A DNA stretch of 64,000 bases, from the NCBI GenBank assembly GCA_013265495.1, contig MU057801.1, positions 620,001 through 684,000 of the forward strand, read 5' to 3'. Shown one piece after another: positions 48,153 through 60,896 of this stretch (position 1 is its first letter; each line of letters starts with the position of its first letter). Origin of the DNA: Vicugna vicugna. Its lineage: Eukaryota. Under the pieces are notes generated by a model. The model did not search any database, had not been told where the DNA came from, and was given only the letters and a program-made list of their open reading frames with translations. The translations under genes were made by a program, and so were the position numbers.

Positions 48153-51100
48153 TGGGCTTGAAAAGTAAGAAAACAGATGTGGAAGGAAACAAAATCAAAC
48201 TTCTAAGACATCAGGAGAGTGAGTGAGGCTCAGTGTGATCAAGGGACTGACCTCTCCTCGCTCCCCTCAGCATCACGGAGGTGCCGCGTCCAGGCCTCCA
48301 GGTGGAGGGTGCTGCGTGTCCTGCCTCCTCTAAGTCCCCAGCGCCCTCGGAGGCAGACGCTGCCATCACCTGCCTTTAGCAGATAAGGGAGCCCTAGGCA
48401 CACGACCGGAGGTGCAGCCAAGACTGGAGCTCACCCAGGCCGACCTGAAGCCCGGCCCCCTCACGGTGACACCACGTCACAACCTCACCCCGTCAGGGTG
48501 CAGGTGGGCAGCTGGGTGGCTGCCGCAGGCAGGACCCACGTCTCTCTCCACCCGAGCAAGGCCTCGTGCTTTTGGTGTGTCACAACTACGACAACCCAAC
48601 TTCAGGGAGGGAAACGCCAGAGACCCGCGCCTCCCAGTACGTCTACATGCAAATTTGCAACAGTAACTCTGCATTCATGTCAGCTTTGCATTCAAAAGAG
48701 AACTGAACTTTGATGTGTTTAACAGACAAATTGCATTAAGACATTAAATCTGTAAGTCATTGTTAAAAAATAGTTTACTTATTTTAAGCAAAGGAAACTC
48801 TCCAGTCTTTGATATACGTACTTAGAAATATTTGTAAAATAAAATTCCTTTCCTTAACTGTCCTTTTCCATTTCACACATATTGATCTTTCCATATGTTT
48901 TAAATAACGATGAAAATAATAGGAACTGTTTTTAATAAAACCAAATCATAGCTCCTTTCATGTCCAAGTATTTTGGGGGGAAGACGGAGGTGAAAAAGCT
49001 GCCTAAGCTTTAGACAAACCGAGTGGCAGTGGGAACAGCTTTAGAAAGAGATGCTGACGGCGCGGAGGAACTGGGCAGGCGCCGGGGAGGGTCCGCAGGC
49101 TGGGGCGGGGGCGCCCGGCGCGGGGTGTGAGGTGGGCAGGACCAAGGCCAGAGCCCGCGTGAGGCCGGACAGAAGACAGGAGCACGACAGGCCTGTGTGT
49201 CTGCCCGACGCACCAGGCGTGAGCGGAGGGGAAAGCGCACCCTGCGGACTGAGCTGGCCCGCCGGGGACCTCCGACGGCCTCTGTCACGTACGGCGCTGC
49301 GCAAAAGTCCTCAGTAGCTTTTGAGCCTTAGCTGTTGACACAACGGGCCGCGGTATTTCTCTACGTGAACTGCAGAGGAGGATCAACAGGACATCTGGGA
49401 GTCCCCAGCAGAGTCTGGCACTGGGGTGCTGGGGGCATGAAGACCCTCCACCACTCCCGCCACCCCCCCAGACACAAAGCAGCCCGGCGGAGGGAGGCCA
49501 GCAGGGAGGCCCCTTCACAGGCAGGCTGGGGAGTCCCCCAAGTCACCCCGAATTTTATTCATAATCTGTAGTTATTTTCAAGGTTTTTGTGACCCTAATT
49601 ATTTTCTAAATCAGTCACAGAATCAATTTGTTAAAAATTCATAGTCAAGGAAAAATGAAGCTATTTCAAATCATTTTCTCAGTCATTCTAATAAACCATA
49701 ACCCCTACTGTACACGTACGCGGGACACGTGCAGTTGATAAGGGCGCTAATTTAGCTGTTAAATTGTCGTCAGAGTAACTAAAACTGGTCCAAACAGCTG
49801 GTTTGGAATGTGCTACGTTTTGAATGCTGGCTGTTGGGTGCACGTTATTAATTACAACTTTTTAAAATACAGAAATGACTGCGTTTGTTTCAATAGTTTG
49901 CTATTAGATTAGACGAAACTGATTTTATATGATTGTACTGTAATCTGTGACACACCGTTTTACAGGTATTTTTTAAGTACTACAAGCACCCTTAATGTTT
50001 GGAAAAAAGTTTTTACCATCTTCGATCTTATTTCAGATTGAACACTTGATAAGTCACCACTGACATGATTTTGCGGCTCTCAGATTGAGGAAACCATCTG
50101 AAAGACGGCCAGGCCACACCTCCGTGCTCGCAGGCCGGGCCTCCCAGTGGCGCCAAGGCTTAGCGGCGGTGCGTCCCGCAGACAAGAGTGCCACCCAGAG
50201 GCCAAAGGAGGAAATTCAACTCGGGTTGCATTTAAGACAAAACTAACAAATGTTAAAAAATTTAAAACGATGTACTATCACTTATCTTATTAAAAAATAA
50301 GGAAAAACTTGTTATAAGTTATATATATTTTTTCTCTCTTCAGGAACAAAGCCTTCTAGTGCCAGGTCACGTAGAAGTGAGGCTCTGAGAAACCTCACGA
50401 AGCGGAAACAGCCCCCGGAGGGCCCTAGTCACCGGTGCAGTCTGTCAATTACAAAACTGAATTTAACTGTTGTCTCTACAGCAAATGCTTCCTTTTCTCT
50501 TCATAATTAATATAGCATGTGTTTCCAGAAGTACATGTAAGTTTGGGAGCAACCAGCATGACCTACTTAGACATGTGGACCGAAAGTTACCCTAAACACC
50601 CAAGACACTTCTTACTTAAATGAGAAAACTTTCTTTCATTAGAAAGTCTTCTGCGTAATTTTCTTCTGGCAGAAGAATAAAGTTGACTTAGAGTAATTCT
50701 GTCTGGCCGACAGTCAGGGTTTCTATAACATATACCATTAATTGTTAAGGCTGAAGCAAACTAGTCAATGCTATTAAACGCATTAAAAAATTCAAGCTTC
50801 TAACGGCCTCAACAATAGGCTGATTATAAAACAGAGATTTACGATATCCCAGTGTTGCCTCAGAAGTCTGGATGTTGGGATTACTGTTAGCAATGGGCCA
50901 CCATTTAAGAGTTACGTATTTTGCAGCAAACCACAAAAGATCAAACTTACCCAGAAACATGGTATATATTAAGATGTGAAAATTATCTTAAGTATAAAAG
51001 TTGAAAACTCCTGTTTCTACACTGTAGAATCCAGTTTTTGGAATAATGCTTTCGGTTCTCAAATGTTATAATGTACGCATTTCACCTCATTCTATTGTTT

Positions 51101-52746
51101 CGTTGTCACCCCGACACACTTTAAAATAGAAGGATGCTAAACTCACACCCACTGATGTGACTTCCCAGAAAACGCAACCTAGCAATACCAAGTGTTTACA
51201 GCTGACTTCAAAGTCCAAGTTTGTTTGCCTCACGAGGGGGTTCTACAGCGCATTATCGCGTCCAACTAGATGTTTTTGCCACAGATCTTAGCAAAATGCT
51301 GCTTTCAAGTACAGCAGTGGCAGCCCGCCCTTCCTCCTCTGGTCCCATCATTGAGGGTCTCATGACCGTCTCTGCTGCCTCCCTTCCCTATTTTTACCCC
51401 TTGGTCTTCCACATGCCCCAAGCTGCATCATGCTGGAAAAGATGCTTCCACCAGCAACGAAGGCTGCAAAATATCTGAGCAAGGAGTACAGACAGGTCTC
51501 CTGGTATCTCTATATTTCCGCATTTATTTAGGAAAAAAATGAGCCAGCGTTCTGCTGAAACTGGAGCAAATATAACAGAGATATCTCAGCAGGACAGTAT
51601 GGCTGTTACTTTGGAGAAAAGGCTCCATGATTAAAGCTCAAGGTGTTTATCAGGGAACATTTTACAAGAGTTTTAAATGGGGCCCAAGGTGAGGCTGGCA
51701 AATTAGGAGGATGTCCTCTGACATGTGTCAGAAAGTCTGGGTGTCTGCATCACACACCCAAACAATAAGACACAGACAGAAAGGACGGCTGCCTGGTAGT
51801 TTGTGAACGATTTCAGTTCACTGGTAAGCTATCTACAATTTAACGAGTAAATTCTAAGAGACTCCGCAAATCTCTCGTTGGCCAAGACTTAGACATAAAA
51901 TTAAATGCCTTAAAAATCTCTGGAAACTTTCCTATTTCTTCTTCCCATCTCCAATGCTACCATCTTAGTTCTCACCATTCAAAAACATCTTTATTTGTTT
52001 AATCACGTCCTAATTAATCTCTGTCCAGGCTCAACTTCCTACTGTACCCTACCGCCATCCCATTTCTAAGTCCCTCCTCCAGATTAATCTCGGTGGCTTC
52101 ACAAACCAATCACATCACTTGCCTCCTTGATATTCAGGTGGGAGGTCAAGAGTCAGCGGTCCTGCACCCCCCCACCCCCCCGCTAGCAGGGGGCCTCCAG
52201 GAACAGCCAGGGCCGCAGGCTGCTTGTCAGAGGCTCCCTCGGGCCTTCTGTTTCAACTTCACCACCACTCGCGCTCCTCTGAGAGAACTTACGGCCTCGT
52301 CAAGAGACGTCAGGACCCCTCGTTTATGGCTGAGGTCATTCACAAAAACCTCCTAACTCCTAAAACAATAGTTTTCAAACATTTTTAAATGACCCAAATC
52401 ATTGTCTTCCAATAATATCTAATGTCAAACCGCAACAAAAAGCGGTTGAGATAAATCATTTTGAGGTTGACATCAGGCAGGGGTGAGAAGTGGGCCGACC
52501 GCAGGGTAAAATTCAGATCTGGCTGGTGAAGAGCAGAGTCAGCACTTCAGCAGCGAGACCCGCAGGGATGGGAGACATCTGCCTGACGTGTCCGAAAGCC
52601 CACTGCTGCCGCGGTGTATGGAGCGGCTGAAACTACTGGGGATTTCAACATTTCGGAGGCGCCTTGACAAACCCCAACAATTAAACCTGCAGAGTGACGT
52701 GCACTTTCCAAATAATGGTCTGCCCTGAGGAGGGCGTCAGGGCTAC

Positions 52747-52902
52747 CTGGTCGTCGCTGGTTAAGCCCAGGTGCATGGCGAGGTAGCAGTGCACCAGGAA
52801 GTCCGAGCTGGGCAGCACGTCCTGGCGTCTGGTCATCATGGCACAGATGAGCTTGTAGGCTTGGAGTTTGCCTTCCTTATACTCCTTTGGCAATGTCGTC
52901 GC
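52747..52902 (-). CDS. RALGAPA2: RALGAPA2 exon, 156 nt: [52 protein letters not shown]
   Basis: Acceptor ctccttggcag|GCG; donor CAG|gtagcc; overlaps ORF 52681..52893. Confidence 0.96.
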
Positions 52903-53134
52903 CTGCCAAGGAGACGTGGAGAGATTTAATCAACTCCAGAGGCAGATGCGTTTCATCCTTTCATCTACTTCTCAGTTCTGCATAAAGTTGTTTATGGAGG
53001 TGGGGGAGGCGCTGGCTTGAGTAAGACCCAGCCTGTCTTCAAAACATGCAGTCGAGGGCAATTACATTTTTTAAAACTCAATTTCAGAGAGGAAGAGGAA
53101 ATCACAACAAAGGAACAAACACATATTCACTTGC

Positions 53135-53233
53135 CTTAAACAGCCATGACGCAAACATTCTGAGCGGTGGGGTCAGGGTGGGAGGAGACGGAGAAGACTG
53201 GTTATCCAGGCTCACTGCTAGATTGTCCCGTAT
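53135..53233 (-). CDS. RALGAPA2: RALGAPA2 exon, 99 nt: [33 protein letters not shown]
   Basis: Acceptor gcactag|ATA; non-canonical GC donor AAG|gcaagt; 33 codons; absent from the ORF track, read manually. Confidence 0.93.
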
Positions 53234-54065
53234 CTAGTGCGTGACAAGGAGAATTTTAGGGAGGGCAACACAGTCCACCCCAGTCATGTTTCAGTATAGT
53301 GCTCCACGGTCAAATAGCTGCTTCCAATTAAATTTCTGCAAGTTGAGTGAGAAGCTACAATAGTTAGACGAGTTTTTCTTCTATCATGAGCTCCATTGTC
53401 TTTTTGAATTGTGTGGGGTTTTAGATTTAATATAGAACAAGGGTATTGCTTCTCCTTGGATCTTGATGCCTGGAGAGGTCGACCTGAACTCCAAATGATA
53501 AGGAATGGTTTCACAAGTTTTACTGTATAAACACGGATCATGTTTCCGCAAAAAAAAAAAAGGTAGAAAAGGTAGTAGTAACCTGGGGGAAATGCATGTT
53601 ACAAACAAAAGCAAAAAGCAGAATGAAAACTGTATGTACTCTAAGATTCTACTTCTGTAAAAATGTGTTTATCCACAGAAATAAGAATAGATATTAACAT
53701 CGGTTTACTCTGTGGACGGTGAGGTTTACTTTCTAAGCATTTTTCTACATTTTTCAAATTTTGTACAATAAAGCCAGTGTGGCTTTTATAAAGCCAGTAA
53801 CTAAAACTACTGTATAATATCCCATTCTTAACCATCCTATAGCACAGTCTACTTATGCATGAAATGAAATAACTCTTAGGCATTTATAAAATGACCAAAC
53901 TGCAAGTATTATCATTTGTTCTCTGGTAAGCAAACGTACGTTGTCTAAACAAGCACATTTTTTTGTTCCAGAGTATGCTAAGAAGTTACGTGCAGTACGG
54001 CTTTCACAGTAAGCAACAGATCGATTTTCCCACATTAGAATAAGAAGGAACACAGCAGGGCGTAC

Positions 54066-54259
54066 CTTGGCTAGTTTGTACCAGAGCTCATAGAGGTAGC
54101 CAAAAACCCTGGCGTGGATCTGGGGTGACTGGATATTATTCACGTCCCCGAGGATTCCCAGGACCCTCCGCCACAACACGGCGGCGGAGTCTGGGTGCCA
54201 GCCGGCGAGGGTGCCCCCGGCGACGATGCTGCAGTCGTCGGCGAGGCACTCGCTGCTAT
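54066..54259 (-). CDS. RALGAPA2: RALGAPA2 exon, 194 nt: [65 protein letters not shown]
   Basis: Acceptor ttttctccgcag|AT; donor AAG|gtacgc; overlaps ORF 53853..54179. Confidence 0.96.
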
Positions 54260-55194
54260 CTGCGGAGAAAAACGTGTGTCAGCCCCGTGGACACAGCTTT
54301 GATTTCATCATCACAACGTTTTTTCCTTTAATGCAAGCTACCTCCGCTTGAAAACATGTGTACTCAGAGCGAAATAATGAAGACCAGGTGTGAAACGGCC
54401 GACAACTGGGCAGGACAGGGGAGTGGACGGGGAAAGGTCCAAGGGGGCCGACTGCTCCATAGAAGGGCAGCACCCAGAGATGACAGGGCTGTTCCTGGAG
54501 ACCCTGCGACGGGCTTCATAAGCAGCGGAGGGGGAGGAGGACCTGAGTAGGATGGGTGGGGAATGTGGCCATGAAAAAAGGCAAGTTTGGTTTATTGACT
54601 GCTTTGCTTCAAGCCTGACCATATACCAGTTAAATGGTATGTTTTAGAAGCCCTGCCTGTCTGCCTAACAGCATTACTCTAAATAAACTTTATTCTTCTC
54701 TCTTCATCTTTTGGGGTGAAGTTCTAACAACTTCCTAAACAGACTTACCAATAGCCTTCTGTTTCCAGCCCCGCCATTACCTCCCACTCCTGAAGGACCT
54801 CGTAGGGGCATCTTCAGGTCATTTCGGGGAACCCGCAATAACCGTCCTCAGGCTGCGTCCTGGCTTCCCCCGCTACTGACACAGGGTCCAGGGCTCCGTC
54901 ACTGTGTCACCCGTTTGCTACTTGGAAAATGTGCTGCTTTCCTCCTGCCATCGACGCCCTGGGGTATCTACGTCTAACTTCACACACATCCTTACTGTGA
55001 CCTGGGTGGGGTTGAGGGTGCAAGCGGGGCTCTCTGTGTCTGTCCATTCTGCTATCTTTGACTGGAGATGCATTAATAAGGCATTTTAAATGCCTCTGTC
55101 ATTCATTTCTTGAGCTTACTTCATGTTCTTAGTTGATCATATTTTTGTTTACTTTTAATACATTTATTTTCTGTTCAATAATTTTTTCTGGAAT

Positions 55195-57000
55195 CACTTT
55201 TTTAAAAATATACTTCATTTTTTTAAGAACAGTTTTCGACTTACAAAAATTGCAAAGATAGTACAGAGTGCCCATGTAACCCACAGCCGGTTTCCCCGTT
55301 ACTAACATCTTAGCAAGTGTGGTGCTCGTTGTCACGAACGAACCAACACTGAAACGTTATTATAAAGCCCCTACGTCACTGAGAGCACTTTGGTTTTCAA
55401 ACTAGTCTTTGTTCTGTTCCAAGACACTACCCAGATCACATGTATCCGTCATGTTTCCTTAGCCTCTTCTGGGCTGTTACAGTTTCTCAGACTTTCCTTG
55501 TTTTCGATGAGCTTGACGGTTCTGAGGGGCACCGATCAGATACTCTGCACAATGTTGTTCAGCCGGGATTTGTCATGACAGATCACTCAGTCACTTAGTT
55601 ACTCTTCTGCTTTCACATTTGCATTTCTAGAGAGAAACTGTCTTACCCGATGTATGATCTTTCCCCAATATTCTTGGATTTCGTTCGCTGATGCTTTATT
55701 TAGGATTTTTGCTTACATGCTTTTAAGTGAGATAAACTCTAATTTTCCTTTTTTAATACTTTGTCTGGTTTTATCACTGAGGTATCACAAGGTAAACAGT
55801 AGACGTTAGGGAGCTTCCTTTCTTTCCTGTGTCTACAACAGGTTGAAAGAGAGAGTTTCTCTTTTATTTGAAGCTTCAGTAAAACTGGGAATTGTCCTTT
55901 ATTTTTATGTCTATTCGAATTAACCTACTGTATTAGCTTTAAATTGTACACTGCTTCTGTAGCTCTGTTCCCTTTTCCACCTCCAGTATGTTTTCTGGGG
56001 TCAATCTTGCCTAACTGTCTATTTTCTGAATGTCTCTGCAGAGTGGTCTTTGTCTTCCCTACTGCTCCCTAGTATTTGTGTGTGTGCTTAGCCTTATTGG
56101 GGCTTTTTTTAAATCAACTTCTATGTATTATTGTCATTCTTTTCCCAATTTTTTGAATAAGAAACATAGATCAATGTTCTTTGCTTCTAATGTACACCTA
56201 AGGCCATATATTTTCCTCTATGTAAGTTTTCAGCTACATTTCTCTGTAGTCCAGTTAGAAATATTTTCCAGTTCAAAATTTGATTTTTTTTGGACCTAAT
56301 TTATCTGAAATGCAGTTTTCAGTTTCTTAATGTATTTTTCTTCTCTTTTTCTTTTTGTCCTTCTTAGTTTATTTCATCACATTTACAGAATATAATACAG
56401 TTTCAAATCACGGACATTTGTTGAGGCTTGCTTAATGATCTAATTGGTCAATTTCTGTAAATGTTCCATGTGCTTTAAAAAATCACAGGTATTTTTAAAC
56501 TAACTTCAAAATTTTTTATATCCAAAGCTCTCCATTCAATCAAGGTTAACCGTATTGTGTAAGTCTTCTCTATTCTAATATTTTTTCTGCTTAACTCATC
56601 AGTTAATGAGAGCTGATATTAAAATTTCCTACTATGATCATGGTTTTATCAGTAGTTCCTTCAATTCTGTCGAATTTTACTCCATACAGCTGGAGGCTCT
56701 GAACTTCATGTAAGTTTGGAGTTACTGCTGTCACTAATAGATGATTTCTGCCTTAAAGTTTACGTGGCTGACACACGGAGCTGCACTGGTGGCCCGCCTT
56801 CCTTCCCTTCTATCAACACTTATGTCTTCCCCTGTGTATTCAGGTGACCTCTTGTAAACGTCACACGGCTGCACTTTATTGCTTCAGCCTAACCCAGGGG
56901 TTTCTGACGCTAACTGCGAGTTCAGGCCGTTTTATCTTTGCTGCAGCTGCTGAGTTACAACCTACTTTAGGGTTTGGGTTTAACCCACCTTGGCTTTGCT
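55195..57000 (-). mobile_element. Cluster of old L1 (L1MC/L1ME-like) relics
   Basis: T-rich antisense L1 motifs (cagttttcgacttacaaaaattgcaaagatagtacagag…; ttcttggatttcgttcgctgatgc…; catttgttgaggcttgctt…ggtcaatttctgtaaatgttccatgtg). Confidence 0.65.
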
Positions 57001-59644
57001 TCTCTTTTGAGTCTCTGCTCGGGGTGTAAAGAGTTGTGTCCCACCCCCCACCAATCCCCCTCACCTACCCCACCCCTGTTATTGACACAATCGTTCCCAA
57101 AGTTGTCCTCCTCACCCCCTACAAATGAAGGAGGACTCATGTGCAGGCAATTGCCACCACCGGGAGCATCACGCTGGGGGCTGACGCTGTGGGGTTTTTA
57201 AGGCCTAATCACAGAAACGGAGGCACCATCCATGGATGGGAGGAACCCACGTCAAGGAATGACCAGAGCCAGCGAGGGGCAGGAGTGAGTGTGGCAGGAG
57301 ACAGGGCAGATCCAGGGACGGCTCCGCGTGCCTGCAGCTCGCGCCTGTGACGGCCACGAGTGGCTTACTGTAGTAGTTACGGAAAGATCCCAAGACACGG
57401 AAACCAAGGATTTAATGAGGATGGCGCACGGGGTCAGGCCTTCCCAAACCCAGGAGCACTGTTCCCTCTCAGAGCAAGACACATCTGTACTCCCCACATG
57501 GGTGTCACGGAACCCGCTGGGCAGACGCAGGCGCGCCAGGCCGAGCTCCCGCGCTGGCGCGTGCAGGGCCCACAAAAGCCTGGGGCCCCGCCTGTTGGGC
57601 TCACTGCCTTTGACAAAACCCCACAGAGAGGCTCGTCCTCCTGACGTTCAGTCTGCAAAGGGGGCACGGTACCCAGCCTGACAGTCTGGGAGGGTGTGCT
57701 GAAGCCCCCGTGAGCCCTACAAACCAACTCGGCCTGCAAGGGAGCAAGCAGCATCAAGCAGCATCGATCCTTCCCCTGAAGAGCGCCACGAGGCCGCTAA
57801 GTCCCCTGGGCGGTGACAAAGAGAAAAGTAAGGGGGTTAGATGACTTACGGCTTTGTTTCACCCCAACCGTCACCCCTGACACGCAGCCACCTGAGACGG
57901 AGACGAGCCCGCAGAGTTCTGGCCACGCTGGGACTTCCCTTGAGTGACAGCTCTGAGCGACCTGGGCCAGGCGCCCTGCTACCTGCCTCCCTGCCACCTG
58001 CCACCCAATGCAGTGTCCGCCATGGAAGGAGCCCTCATAACAGATCTGCTTCGGCGCCACTCTGCTCTCAGAGAAACGTCCACCTCAGTGGTACAATCTA
58101 CGCAACATCCTCCATCACGTCAGCAAAACACAGGGAGTCCTTTAAAAGTATCTGGAATGATTACATGCTCAATATTATTATGAAAAAAATATTTTAATAA
58201 CTCGAAATGTTTTTGCCCAAAATGATTCCACCAGTGACAGAAGCCACAGAACAGATGCTGACATTTCACATGTGGACGGTCCCTCAGCGGAGCAGCACTT
58301 AATTAAAAATCGGGATTTGAGAGATTGCAGGAAATCCCACGTTTGCCTTAAAAATACCAAAGACTTAGTTTCTCCTCTGTCTCATGAGCAAGCCGGTATG
58401 CTAGCCTAGTATCTTCTTGGGTCATTATTGTTACAGAGACATTAAAAAAATAATTAAGGTGGGTAACCTTGCCAACAAATAAAACTGTATCACCTTCCTC
58501 CAAACACATACAGGACTTCCACAGAGCAACCTAAAGTTCTGAACTTTGCAAATCTGCAAAGGCTTTTAGCCGTGAAGTAAGTCTTGGTAACTAGGACAAC
58601 AGGCACCTGTGACCACACGGCGACTTCTTGTGGCAACAGTGTTATGCAGCTTGGAAAGCGCTGAGGAAACACAGCTAGGGCCTTGGAAATGATTTTCCCT
58701 TTAACTTGAAAACTAAACCAAAGGCACCAACCCAAAGGCTCAATGGAAACACAATGATTGATTCTGGGACCAGAAAAATCAAGCCTAGACTTTGCTGATC
58801 CAAAGAGGAGACCGGCGAGGTGGCGTGCCGGTGCCCACGGTGGCCCACTCTCCTCTCCGGCCTCGTCTGCCTGCCGGGGACACACAGCACCCATTTTAAA
58901 GATTTCAAACGTGAGCAACACATGATCCCTATCATCATCACTTCTCTTGATAACATTTTCTATCTTCAAAGCAGATCAAAGTCTGGTGAAAACGCCAAAA
59001 ACGTATGCGATGGCAGAGAATGCAGACAAACCATTCCTGCAAAAACAGTTTTGGTGGCAGGTAATGGTGAAAATTAAAAGGAGAAGCCGTAATCAAAAGC
59101 AGAAGTGGTAAAAGGTTTCCGTGATGACACTTAGAGGCAGGTCTGTGATAAACATACTAAATAAAAGAGATTTTGAAACTGAATCTTATTTTTAAAGGTT
59201 AAAATGTAATTGCTGTTTTTAGCTAAGTCTAACAACAGCCTGCAGCTTAAAGCTTCTTCAGTCATTGGTTCAAGTACGTACTGACCATTCCTCTCCTGCC
59301 GGGCACCGTTCCAGCAGCCAGGAGCAGCTGTGGAGACAACCAGCCACAGTCCCCCTCCCGGAGCTTATCCTGCAGCAGAGCCACCCAATGAGCCTCTCCC
59401 GACAAAGGTAAAATGTTGGAAACCACTTCTTACGGAACCTTTTCTTAAAACGTACCACAAATCTGATGGCGGCCTGGGAAGGCAGGAGCGCCAGGGCTGG
59501 CTCTCACCCTCCAGGTTCCACTGACCTGGGACGCTTAAAGTTTCTTCCATGATGAAAGTCAAGTTCTAATTGTGCTGAAGTTAAATTAGTGATTGACATT
59601 TCTCTTATAGTTAGAATTTTTTTTCATCTAACAAAACCTTCCCA

Positions 59645-59765
59645 AAGAAAATGAAAAAGAATCCATGTATATATATGTATGACTGGGACATTACACTGTG
59701 CACCAGAAATGGACACATTGTAACTGACTACACTTCAATTGAAAAAAAGAAAGAAAGAAAAGAAA
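59645..59765 (+). mobile_element. Short L1 3' end with (GAAA)n tail
   Basis: tatgactgggacattacactgtgcaccagaaatggacacattgtaactgactacacttcaatt; flanked on both sides by aaaacctt (possible TSD). Confidence 0.8.
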
Positions 59766-60340
59766 ACCTTTCTTACCCTAAGGTCTTAGACATATTTTTA
59801 GAAGATATTTTCTTCCAAAAGGTTTTGGAATTTCCTTTTTGCATTTACGTATTTCCTGCACTTGGCAGTGGGCAAGGTATGGGGTAGGGATTCTATTTCA
59901 TTTTCTTCCCTGTGGAAGAAACACTTGCCCCGCAGGCATTTGTGGGGCAACACATTCCTCCCTGGTCAGACCGGGAGGGCCACCTCTCACGCATCACAGT
60001 TCCATGTCTGTGTGGATTCAGTGTATATTTTATACTCCAGTCCCTTCATCTATCTCTGTGATTAAAGCTCCCTTTAAATAAATCTCTTAGCACTTATCAC
60101 ATCATTTGTTCTCATCAGAATAAATGCCTTACTTTCGGTCCTCTTGGTCAGCCCTTAAGTCAGCTGTAGCCATGCCTTACTCATCTGTTCATTTCTTACA
60201 GCATCAAAAGCAGCATTTCTAGATTATAAGCTGAATCTGCTGAATAGAAGATGAGTTCAGCAGCAATAATGATTCTTAGCTACAGAGTCATAAATATTCC
60301 CCCCTGAAAATCACAAGCTCAGCAGAATAAAACTCATGCA

Positions 60341-60896
60341 CGAGTTAACCAGATCTTCTTATTTTTGGTATTCTTGCTGCTCTGGCACTGGGGCTGCCCT
60401 GACAGGAAAGGACTGCCTATCCCAGGGTTAGCTCACTCCTAGAGATGGTGAACAGCTCACCAGGGAGCATGTCTTTCACACGTAGACTCAACAGTCCAAA
60501 ATTCAGGCCTCCCAACCACCGCCTCTACATGGCTCTTACCATCAAACAGATACCCCCTTGCCCTGATCACTGCGGGCCAGCGACCAGGCGACCAGGGCCA
60601 GTGTCTGTGCTCCAGGGTCTGCTGCAGTCATCCAAACCAGCCAGTCCTGAGCCTGCCTGGCCTGCCCTGCCTCCCCTTTCCCACAGAAATGATGACAAAG
60701 GCTAATGCCCATGTTTCCCCGTCTCTTCCTGCCTCCCCAGGTGCCCGAGTGGCATGCCCTGCCCCATCTCATGCACAGGGACCTGTGCATGTGAACTCCT
60801 TCCTTCAAGACAATCATGTCCATGTCCTGCCATACAAACGCCAGATGTCTTCTGAAACAACACACAATAAATCTAGCTGGTATTTTCAGAAAACAT
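60341..60896 (+). mobile_element. MER74-like ERVL solo LTR
   Basis: tattcttgctgctctggcac…actgcctatcccagggttagctcactcctagagat…ccctgatcac…ccagtcctgagcctgcc…aataaa…aaaaca follows the recalled MER74 consensus. Confidence 0.7.

Noticed and set aside
54350..54730. Possible additional LTR (AATAAA followed by …aaca end)
   Set aside because: I could not find matching termini or a TSD, nor recognise a family.
60770..60791. Perfect 10-bp inverted repeat catgcacagg-ga-cctgtgcatg
   Set aside because: Too short for a pre-miRNA, lies within an old LTR, and is plausible by chance in 64 kb.
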